This document shows positions 1 to 10,700 of a stretch of 32,232 bases of DNA, piece after piece (positions within the stretch are counted from its first letter, which is position 1; each line of letters begins with the position of its first letter). A program made the position numbers and the translations under genes. A model generated the notes under the pieces. The model did no database searches and was not told the DNA's origin. It was given only the letters and a program-made list of their open reading frames with translations. The DNA is from Catajapyx aquilonaris (Eukaryota), in contig JYFJ02004430.1 in NCBI GenBank assembly GCA_000934665.2, positions 1-32,232 of the forward strand, in the 5' to 3' direction.

Positions 1-275
1 TACAGTACCCTGCCGGTGTAGCATGAGAGCGCCTTTTCCAGTGCAACCCGCAAGGCTAAAAACCCATTCAACCGAAAGCATTTGCCTTGCATTTGCCAGT
101 CCGCGGGGGTCAATTCGAATACAGAAAGGATGTGACGTCACGCCGTAGGCCGTAATAAATAAATTGATTACTGCCGTATTTCTCATTATTTTATAAAACC
201 GACCAGGGTTGTCGCCACCTACTATTTTTCCCCACCCCCTCGCGCGCGCTTGACCTGTGACTCTGATACACCCTG
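1..275. mobile_element. Right end of a Tc1/mariner-type non-autonomous element (left part outside window)
   Basis: CpG-rich stretch ending CACCCTG followed by TA (276-277), the same terminus type as the CAGGGTG element at 30685-31152; partner TIR not visible. Confidence 0.4.
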
Positions 276-1082
276 TACAATAATGTGGAATCAAGATGAA
301 AAAGCAGTTTTCATTCACCACTTCTCAGTCTCATTTCCATTGGATCAAGCTGTGCATTTACAAAAATTACGCCTCAAGAATCAAATTATATGAAACTTCA
401 TTGCAAGATGACTACTGACTTTGTTTATAACACCTGGGAGATCAATTCATCAACGTTTACCTCTTCACCCTGTCTGGACTGTCACCTTGGGCAGAGTAGC
501 TGCCGTTCACAGTACTTATACAAGTTTGGCGCGGGGCCTTTATGGTCGGGTCGCCGTAACTCTGACACAGTACTTATACAAGGTGTTCCAATTATTGAAA
601 TGTACAATTTAATTAGCATTGTTTTGCTTTAAACTGCTTATTTTCAATAACTTTTCATGTTCATGAGTAGTATTAACTTGTTAATATTAGGCCAAATATT
701 TGAATCATCGATACAAGCTCTGACGGACAATGAACTTTCAATGGGGCTGGCAAGAGCCACTTGCAGCCACTAGGAGCCCTAGTGCGCTTGGAGTTGTGCT
801 GCAGACAGCAGCCGCAGCCAGCTGTACAATGTTTTGATGCTGTACTTGCATTCTCAGTCGTTTTTAACCAAATGCCGATCATGTGTGCAGCTTTCGAGTG
901 TTTCAAGAAAGGAGGCCATTGCTTTCCAAGTGTCTACACTGTACTCTCGATCGCTACAAATGATTTTATCTGTGCTAATGACTGCACAGGTGTGTCCGGA
1001 TATCGGAAAGCACGTATAATCCAAAAATTGTCCTAGACACCATAAAAATGAGCTATTAATAGATTTTTAATACCCTACTGTA

Positions 1083-1223
1083 CTATCAGTCCACCAAGAA
1101 TTGTCGCAGCGGCAGCGCACGAACTACAGTTACGAGCACTTCTGGGGGGAGAAGTCAATGGAGAAGTGCTCGTAGACTGTAGTTCGTGCGCTGCCGCTGC
1201 GACAATTCTTGGCGGACTGATAG
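1083..1223. mobile_element. 141-bp fold-back MITE, TA TSD
   Basis: ~60-bp near-perfect inverted arms CTATCAGTCC(A/G)CCAAGAATTGTCGCAGCGGCAGCGCACGAACTACAGT..., flanked by TA at 1081-1082 and 1224-1225. Confidence 0.9.
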
Positions 1224-1283
1224 TACATAGTGCATGCCGCTTTAAAAAAGTTTAATCAAATATGGTAATAAAATGCACCATAC

Positions 1284-1687
1284 ACCGAAGCAGTAGTGGT
1301 ATAGTGGATATGGTGTCCGACTGCTAATCGGGAGGTCCTGGGTTCGAATCCCGGAGGCCGGCGATCCTGACCTTGGTTTTCTGTGGTTTCCCAAGGTCGC
1401 CCCAGGAAAAATTTCCGGGATCGTACTGTAAAATAGGCCACAGTCGCTTCCTTCCTTTCCCTGCCCTGGAGGAGGTGCCGGTCAGTGGTGGGTTTCTGAC
1501 TCACATCTAGGGGGTCATCTTGGCGAACAGGCCCCCTGAGGGACTGCACACGACCCTCAACTTGATGACATTGCACATGCACCAGTGTCCCCCCCTCCTA
1601 TCCCTACCCTGTCCCTGCACAATAGTGGTAATCCACTCCCCTATGGTTCTAGCATGGGGTATATCTATAAAAAAAACTTAAAAAAAT
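1284..1687 (+). mobile_element. tRNA-derived SINE, family 1, copy A
   Basis: A box TGGTATAGTGG, B box GGTTCGAATCC, A-rich tail, 13-bp TSD AAATGCACCATAC (1271-1283, 1688-1700); second copy at 15698-16134. Central part resembles the Talua/Lm1-type insect SINE domain (from recall). Confidence 0.93.
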
Positions 1688-1922
1688 AAATGCACCATAC
1701 ATTTTTAGTTTGTCTCCTGAATAAAGTCTGCTATATTTCTTAGTTTGCAAGACGTATTGACATTTTTTACGACTCTTATTTCTAACTTTTATATTTGGCC
1801 ACGAACGGATAATTCCCACCCAGAAAATCGGGAGTACAGTGTACTGCTCCTACCCCCATCAGTGTCACTGTCATTGGCAGATATGCATTCACGGGAAAAA
1901 CCCTAGGAAAAAACAGAATGTA

Positions 1923-2133
1923 CACCCGCGAGCATAAAGATGGAGACGGCAGCCCCTCACCTTCGGCAGGCTGCTCGGCCAATCTCAGCAATTGCGGTAT
2001 CAAATATACTGTCATAAATACACCAACACACGCTTGATGCAGCTAACTCAGTCCAAAAATAGTTCATTAATTTGAGTCGGATAAAGAAAGGTCAAAAAAG
2101 GGCCTGCCGTCTCCATCTTTATGCTCGCGGGGG
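1923..2133. mobile_element. Tc1-type MITE, 211 bp
   Basis: 30-bp TIR C(A/C)CCCGCGAGCATAAAGATGGAGACGGCAG, TA on both sides. Confidence 0.88.
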
Positions 2134-2670
2134 TACCATCACGAACGATGCAATACTATGAGCGGCTGAAGATAGCTGACTTTGGCTGATCACGTTTGGC
2201 AAAGATAGCAGACTTTGGCTAATTTCGGTTTCCTCCTCTTGTTATGGCCCCAAGATTATTCATTTTGATCTGGCTCTTTGGCTCATTAGGTGCACCTTTA
2301 CTTGAAGATGTTAATGGTGGTGTTAACTCAAAAATAACGAAAAATGAAGATAGCCACTTTTGGCTGACACCTCCTCAAATTTGCAATGCACACCAAAAGT
2401 CATAATAGTTAGAAAATATTCGCTAAGGTTTATGAACTTGTGGTTACATCTGAAACGTAACATCAAAGGTTGCGCAACATCGTGCTCGCTCTATCACAGT
2501 ATCATGACTCCAAGCGCAGTGCTGTACTTTAAGGTGAGCTTTACAACTCGCCAGTTCCATTGGGAATGGCCCATTGGAACAATTGCCACTGACTGTCAAT
2601 AATGAACCCCATTTATTGCAGCCAAACCCCTTGCAGGCATTTAAAAAGATGGGTCCACACACCATGATAT

Positions 2671-4358
2671 CAGGGTGGACCAACTTCAAGTGTCGTTTTA
2701 TAACGGCGATTAATAGCAGTGATTTTGCAATGACGTAGCAGCGACGTGTAAAATGTCCCACTTCAGCGCCATCGAAAATATTAGCTGCCAATAGCAGCAC
2801 ACATGTAATCAACCCTGCTGCTGGGTTGACCTGGAAAAAAGTAGAACACATGACCTGCGTGACCTGGGTGAAATGGGTGACGCCCAAGGCACCAGATGGA
2901 CCATGGACCCAGTGCTGTCGCGGGAAATTTTCGGCAGGGTATACGCGGGAACAGTGTCGCACCCGGAAGTTTTGCCGGGGGGGTAGGGGGCGGAAACAAG
3001 GCCGGGTATGACGCCGTGCAGAGGAATCGATCTGGGTTTGGAAACTGCGGAACGATTATTTTCCTAATGGGGAATTGATCATTATGTGGGAGAGGGTGAC
3101 AGGTACACACACACAACAAAAGAAGGGTAATGTTTGTATGGGAAGCTCAAGACCTTCATCTCACCTTGGGGGGGACACATTTGATGATGTGTGTCGGGCG
3201 GTCACNCCCCTTCCGTCAACAAAATCATGATTACCTACAATATTTTTACACTCGATAATATACAGTATACGCACAACATAGACAAAGATGTAGTACCTAA
3301 AATTGTTTTATTTGAGCATTGGGACCTACATGATCTGTTAGCGCCTATTAACACCTACGTATTTACACCTTTTTGTCGCCGTTCTGTAATATTTTCTCGA
3401 GTTCTGCGGTCTTTGCGTTCAAGTCATCCCTCAAGCATCACCGTAAATGCCACAAAAAGCCACATCTCAAAAAGTATTCACAGCACCTACAAAATTTACA
3501 CAAACAGGAAGTGCGTGTTTATTTTGAATTAGCGATCATTTTAGGTATTGTTCAAAGAATGATTGCATATATACAGTCAATACATTGAAAAGTATTATAT
3601 AAAAATTAATAAAAATTGAAATATGGATGAGGTTCTAAAAGACCCCACGTCACAGTTCCAGCGTTAAATAAGTAGTAGTACTCTATATAATTAATTTGTC
3701 AAGTATAGTGTCAGTGTGTCACAGCTGGGCGAAAAAGACTCGACCCTATCTTTTGAGTGAGAGGTGACCGCCGCGCCGCAGCTCCGTAGCCGACTCCGTA
3801 AATTAGCACGCAACTCCTCCCCTAACAGGTCTGTTTCTCCAGATGGGATGCATCTGGAGGATGGAGGCCCCTCCCTACCACCCCAAGAGGACCCTTGCCG
3901 AAAGCTCACACCACAGCCTTTGAAAAGACCTCAAGTTCCGCCACCTCCCCCCCCTTCCCCCCCTCTTCCCGTCTCGCCGATTAGTGTCCGGCTCTAATGA
4001 TGAGCGGTGCTAGTTGCGGGTTGAGTCAAATAATTTCTTTCTGATTTTTATTTTACAGGATAAACGAAATGAGCTTTATTCAGAGCCTTGCCGGCTATAC
4101 GCGGGTATACGCAGCGTATACCCGCGTATAGCCTCACATTTCGTATTTTTTCGACTGGGTATACGCCGTATACCCGCGTACCCCCGCCGCGACAGCCCTG
4201 CATGGACCTGTAATGCAAGGGGGAAGCCTGCAAACGAAACACAGCTAATATTGTCGATGGCGCCGAAGTGGGCCATTTTACACGTTGCTGCTACGTCAAT
4301 CGTAAAGCGCTTCTATTAATAGCCGTTATAAAACGACACTTGAAGTTGGTCCACCCTG
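2671..4358. mobile_element. MITE with ~118-bp TIRs (~390 bp once the nested hAT is removed)
   Basis: CAGGGTGGACCAACTTCAAGTGTCGTTTTATAACGGC... at 2671-2788 is inverted at 4241-4358; flanked by TAT on both sides. Confidence 0.88.
2910..4200. mobile_element. Non-autonomous hAT element nested in the 2671-4358 MITE
   Basis: TIR CAG(T/G)GCTGTCGCGG; perfect 8-bp TSD CATGGACC (2902-2909, 4201-4208); subterminal GGGTATACGC repeats at both ends. Confidence 0.92.
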
Positions 4359-4562
4359 TATTAGTCAGCTAATATTTTGATAATGACCAAAGCTACTCAA
4401 AAGTAACTGCTTACAACAAAGCAGCTTACAGGCAAAAATTCGCTAAAAAGGATACTTCAACAGGAACACTCCATACTTGTGCAGGAAAATTTTAGGGATC
4501 ACAAGCGATACATCATTCTAAACAAATTTTTTAGATTTTTAATAGAGTAAGAAACACACTAC

Positions 4563-4715
4563 CTTTGCTTCATAACCAGTGAGAAAACCCAGTTCTGTTG
4601 AATACTCAAGAACTGTGTGTGAGTCCTTTTCTGAGGCAGCTTTAATGATCATGATGTACTTGTCTACAAAGCTTCGGCTGAACTCACGACTTGCCCCAAA
4701 ATCCAGCAGTCCAAT
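4563..4715 (-). CDS. COQ8: COQ8 coding exon 9 ([12 protein letters not shown]...GFLTGYEAK)
   Basis: ttttccag acceptor, AAG|gtagtg donor, DFG motif; not in the ORF track. Confidence 0.95.
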
Positions 4716-7700
4716 CTGGAAAAGGTGTTATATCAATGTTTATTAAACTTATTGTACCATGGCCCACACAAATAAAGAACAACATTCCACATTCTACTTA
4801 TCCACCCTAACCAAATCGACATTCACTGATAAAAGACCAATCGATAATCTCGTAAATGTCCAATTAGTTCATGATCAATCAGTAGAATGCAGCTCATAAA
4901 CTGCCAATCACTGACTTACATTTAAGCAATTTTACATTGTTCTGTAATAGCAAAACCCTCTCACAAGATTTCCATGAAACATCATTCCTTAATCACAAAC
5001 AATTTACACCTTTCCCCCTCCCCCTCAGAACATAATCATCCTTGCATAAGGCTGTGGAGAGAACTGAGGCTGCATACCACTAAACATAGCTAAAGGAATG
5101 AACAAATCAGGTATTGCTGATTGGAATATACCGATGTAGTAGTTGTATGATATTGGAGAATTGAGAAGTATCATCCCGCAGAAAAGTAAGATAAGGAATC
5201 TTTAGAAATATTATTTTTCTTCAGTCACTCAAATATTTGGTACAAAAGGTGCATAACAGTGCAATTATAAGAATGAGAGCTGAAATTGAAAATGAGCAAC
5301 ATGAGTTGAGATCCAGGGCCCATAGGTCTGGTATTTGGGAAAATCGTATATTTTCCCAAATTCCAGGCATTTTCTTGCCACAAAATCTAGCAAAAACATA
5401 GAAATCACTGTGTGGATGCACAGTTTCTCAAATATACAATAAAATCTCGGCTAAAACCAATGTCCTGAATTACACCCATTTTCTGAGAGAAATCAAGATT
5501 TTCTCCAAACAACTCCTGCCTCTCTACTTAGCATGTGTTTTACAGTTGCATTGCCAAATTGCTCGTCAGGCCTGAACCAAGGGGCGCAGGCACAATAGGA
5601 CATCTCCCAGAGCAAAACTGGGGTGAAAGAGATGGGGGTAAAGTCAGCACGGCATTCCTATTGGCTTGGGGCACACAAAGATGGTGACCACTGCTGTGGC
5701 AGGGGAGCTGTTGTAAGGGCGAACATGTTGGGTGTCACTCACATTACTCGCGGAGCAAATAGGCCATGGGAGATAGGACAGGAAAAGAGTTTTGGAATCA
5801 GCTTGAAGAAATATCAGCACATGTCAAAACTGGGCATTTGATTCACATGCAATGCGCTCATACACTCCTACTACTTAGTAGGATCCTTTGTGTTACACTT
5901 ACAGGGTGTTACACCTATGGCCTACCACTGACAAAACTGCAGGTCATTCTCACCTTTTTGGATTGAGGGTGGTAAAAGAAGTTGGACCAATTTGGATCAG
6001 TCTGCATAAATCGAAAAACAAATAGTTCTTCCAAGCAAAGCTTCAGGATGGAATGACATATGTGATTCCTGGTTTCTTGGTTCATATCAATGCATTGGTC
6101 AACTGGTATACCACTTATGAACTCCGTTGTGAAGACTTGTTTGGTGCTCAGTTCATCTAAAATATAACATGACAATCAATTCCAATTAAATGCAGCAATA
6201 ATATTGTAATGGGGAACTAGCCTTGGTCTGGGATTTGGGATTTTTGTTCATAACTAGCTAGCCCATGCCTGTAAACATACATTCCATCACTCTGTTGCAT
6301 CAAAATGACATTACTGGATAAATTACGGCACATTTAAAAGTGCCTTCAAAATTGGCGGGAAAAACGGGGCAGCCGGGTGGTGCCAATCGAAAGGGTATCA
6401 ACAGTGCAAAAAGAACTGTCCCAGTCATCCTGACGTGTGGGCTGGCCGCTCGACACACACCATGTAAGTTACATGGTGTGTGTCAAGCAGGCAGCACACA
6501 CATCAGGATGACTGGGACAATTCTTTTTGAACTGATGATACACTGAAATGCCTGGTTGACTGCGAGATATGAGGAATTTGACTTTGAATTAACCGCGGAC
6601 ACGACGGAAAGCATTCGCAAGGCGGCTGTAGGCCATCGAGGTGGAGAAAGCGGGCCTTTATGTGCCTAATTCGGGAGACAGATATTTCCGAGCTGGTGGC
6701 ATCACTGCCACGTACAAAGCGGCTTAGAGTAAAAACTCGCCCGTTACCTGGCAACTAAGTAAACACTCGGACTGCTAAAATGTCCAGCCGGGTCCAGCAC
6801 AGTACAACGAATTATTTTACTACCCTGCCGGGGCGCGTTCTATAACATAATTTTTGCGTTCATTTCACTTCGCGTGATGTCAACATTTTCGAGGCAAACA
6901 GTGACGTCACCATTTGCCTACGAAAAAACGCCAATATCTTCGGAACTGAAACTGATATCTTAAAACGGAATACGCCAAAAAAATCCAAAAAATATGGGCG
7001 AATTTATTATGTAGTTTCCAAAATGAAGGCTAGTTCCCCATTGTACATCACAATTAGCATATTCAGAGAAAGTTGTATGCAGCTCTTTAAGTGCTAACTG
7101 ATGACAATATACTAGTCCTACTACTCCTCTCCCCACCTACCCGCTGGCATGAGCGCCATCAGGTGCTGCTCCCGCACGGACGCGGAGGCACTACGCTGGA
7201 CCTGCTGACCACAGCACGTCTGTGTCACACTAACGTATTTTTTGAATCGCATTATCGCTCTGTTACGTTACCCTACTTTTAACTTGAAACGCGTTTTTCT
7301 CAGTTTGCTGGATTTGGACACTGACGACATCGCCCAGGCCACAATAATTTTGCTACGGACTTCCCACTTCACCATATTTATCCTCAAACATGGCGCTATC
7401 CATTGGCCTAAAAGATTTAGCCTGCTCGAACCACAATAAAACTTCTATAAGTCGAATCTCCATGGGACCGGGGAAAAACTTCGAGTTATAGAAGATTCGA
7501 GTTAGAGAAGATTCGAGTTAGAGAAGATTCGAGTTAGAGAAGATTCGAGTTAGAGGAGTTTGAAATTTTTAAGCACATAACTCTATAAGGAAGCCTACCT
7601 TTACATTCAGCGACGAAAGGTGTTCAAAACTTTAAAATAACTGTCACTATCACTCTTACAAAGTTCCTAGTTGTTTTGGTGTAAAAAATCTCCATTATGG

Positions 7701-10700
7701 ACATTTGCCTACTCTTAGATTCAAGAATTCAATTGTGACAATCGAGTCAAACACTTCTTTCGGTACATCTGGTAGACGGAGATCAGGAAATTGAGCCTTT
7801 CTATACATGTGGCCTACTCTCGACTCTTCGGCTGGGAAATGAGAAAATTTTCCGTACTCGCCAACATGAACTTCGACTTAGGGAGACTGAAAATGCATTG
7901 ATATCCATCGAAAGGCCCTGCCCGCACTTCGAGTTATAGAAATTCGAGTTAGGGAAGTTTATTTCCTATTCTTTTACATTGTGACCAATCAAGCTCATAA
8001 TTTTATTCGACTTATAGAGAACATCGACTTGGAAGTTCGACTTATAGAAGTTTTACTGTACTTCTATTTTAACTTTAATTAAATGTTTTCTCAAAACTGA
8101 GTTATCTTTCTGAAATCGTCAAAAAAATACTAAAACAATTTCAAAAATTATAATTCTAGGTCAATGGAAAACTACATGCTCAAGGAAGCCTGAGGTCCAA
8201 TCTGATGGTTGTAGGTTGACCCCAGCATCCTAAATCGTGTCAACAGTGGCATGACGTCACGCGGCCCTGGAGGCCCTTCGACACACGAACGTGATTCGAT
8301 TATAGGCGCTAATAGGTCTTTGACTTATGTACATTCATGAAAATGAAGTCCCAACATCTTGTCTCTAATGGGTTTTTTTGGGGCGATTTTTTACAAAACC
8401 ATTGATTTTGACTGTAGTGCCCCCTTAAGCCATACACTGTAGGGTTTCAAACTCAGTTTTCCTTTTGAGCCCTCTGTACCCACCATGATTCCCTAAGTGA
8501 GCTGATAAACCCCATAAACCCATAAACCGGTCTAATTTAATCTCTACCTGGAGTGGAAAGTGGAAAGTTGGCCAAGCAATGCAACTTAAAAAATAACAGA
8601 CAGTGAAACAGGAACAGGAATGAATTTTGTTAGCGGACTCAAATTGAGCAGCACTCAACTTAGCGGAAGCTGATTGGTCCGCTAGCGGCCTGAAAAGTTA
8701 GCGAAAACCGCTAATCAGCTAACGAACCGATAGTTCAGCTATTAGCGGTTAGCGGAGCTAATGCCCACCTTTGGGAATGGGGGAGACTGGTTGCCCTCAT
8801 GATGATGGTTTCTTTCTCATCTAAGGATCTATGCTAATCTCTCCAACTGGATACTGCAACAGCTGTTTTGTGTGATGAAGGCAGGGAAAGTTATGGAGCC
8901 AGCAACTTCAGTAGGGTCACACAAGGTGAATTTAGTGTCTTCTGTGAATGCCTCACTTTCACATTAGAGCCCCTCAAAATTGGTCTCCCTCTCTCTCCAC
9001 TCTACCATGAACACACTTTTGCTAGCCAATTGCACACCATGGTTATGGTACACAGTAACATATCTGTATGTGGGGCTGGGGAATTTCGTGAACTCAAGCA
9101 TCCATGCACACATATGCATGTGTGGGCACTCACACAACAAGGAGCAAGTTGTTGGTCAATTTGATTTAGTCAAGTTTTGCTGCTGGCATTCAGAGGGTGA
9201 CACAATGTTGCTCACTGGGCAATCCCAGCCGTTTATCTTTCCTCCCAGGACATTTCCATGACAAACCCTCAGCTCACAACCTGGTCACTTGCTATGTAGC
9301 ATGCTAAGACAGAAATCTCTGGCTGGATGGCAACCTCAAACTTCTGCTAATTATTCATGAAATGCTTGTTGGCAAAAATTCTCATCCTGATACAGCATAG
9401 GGTGCCAGATACAAAATATACTCTACCTATGACAGTTGGCACATAAAACAGAGGGGAAGAACTCAGAAGCCTCTTAAATCGCCTTGTGCATTCAGCTTCT
9501 CTCTCATAATCGACCTCCCAAGACAGCTCCTTCTTGGCAACTTTCACCAAGTTTTTCACATATAAACCTGCAAGCCAAGAGCAAGTAAATATTTTTCACT
9601 GCAGAGTGAATATCAAATTATGAACAAACCTTCAGGAAGCACATTGGCCACTTTAAGGACAGCCATGAGGTTCTTAATATCAGACTCAATGCTTTGAGCT
9701 ACACCTGGGTACTGAATCTTAACAGCTACTTTCATCCCATCTGAATGGAGTGTAGCCAAGTGTACCTGCCCTATTGATGCAGCTGCAAACGGCCTGCTTT
9801 CCAGACTTGCCACCTTCGAGTGCCAGTCCATTCCCCACTCACTTGTGAGAACCCTCTAGTGAAATATTACAAAACAGCACAGAGTAAGAGAGAGAAAAGT
9901 CAGGGATTAGTGTCCTTGCACATACTTCCATTTGCCATGTGGGCATGAAATCTGCAGATTGGCGCACCCTTTCAAATGCCTTTTGGAGTTGTGGGCTTAT
10001 TAAAGAGTTGTCTTGGATGCTTAGCATCTGTCCTAACTTTAATGCAGCACCTGTCAAAAGAGAAATATGAATGCAATCTGTTTAACCCTGTAATGCCCCT
10101 TGGGTCATATCTGGCACACCATTTAGTGCAATTTGGCACACAGGAAATATAAAAATTGCAAAAGTTGCAAAAATTGCACTAAATGGTGTGACCCAGTGGG
10201 CATTACTTAGATTAGTGGGCATTACAGGGTTAAGAAGTACTCTTTAAACCTCCAAGTGCCACTGTGAGGGAATTGTGTTTCTCCAAGAAATGAAGAAAAA
10301 TTGTACAGAGAGCAAGGAAAATCGTAGCAAATAAGTATTGTACATACTAAAGAAGCAAATATTCAGCCATGAACTGCAGAATCACTATAGCACAGGTGCT
10401 GTGACATTCCCCTTGCTTGACCCATAGCCTTGCCTTAGACGTTTCAGCTTTGGACACATTTTATGCCTTGTCAGTCAAACTGGAGAAGGGAAAGTTCTAC
10501 CTTTCTGGGATCAGAAAAGTATTAGCTACTTGCCTTTAAAAAATTTAAAGTTTAGTAGAGCCACATTTAAAATGACGTAAAATAATAGCAGAGATGGTAG
10601 CAGAGACTTAGCAGCAAGATGAAAATTCCACTCTGGGTCTTTCTCACAATATAATTAGGAACAAATTCCAACAGAAATTATCGCTGAATACATCCTCAAT

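Larger units (their letters stand above)
937..1841. mobile_element. pogo/Tigger-type MITE (~345 bp) interrupted by two younger insertions
   Basis: TA|CACTGTACTCTCGAT ... ATCGGGAGTACAGTG|TA; interior aligns in reverse orientation with the copy at 13431-13714. Confidence 0.8.

Noticed and set aside
1284..1365. Possible tRNA genes here and at 12420-12494, 16055-16134 and 26825-26900
   Set aside because: Acceptor stems do not pair well and each continues into a SINE body; two have tails and TSDs.
1256..1582. Similar ORFs 1256-1582 (-) and 15835-16140 (+) suggesting a duplicated gene
   Set aside because: Both are antisense translations of SINE family 1.
2444..2962. Longest ORF in the track (172 aa) and overlapping ORFs to 4319
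   Set aside because: Crosses MITE and hAT boundaries; no recognisable domain.
1..4562. Final coding exon of COQ8
   Set aside because: No minus-strand frame with the expected C-terminal PPPEExYSLHRK-type motif was found; it probably lies left of the window, so truncation is not claimed.
5313..5573. Possible hAT starting CAGGGCCC
   Set aside because: No matching TIR or 8-bp TSD found.
7480..7557. Regular 16-bp repeats resembling a CRISPR array
   Set aside because: Head-to-tail with no spacers, inside a pogo-type MITE and matching its TIR motif; eukaryotic context with no cas genes.
8070..8428. Kolobok-like end CCCCC|TTAA (and TTAA|GGGGGG at 18880)
   Set aside because: Single ends without partners; probably TE fragments but not delimitable.
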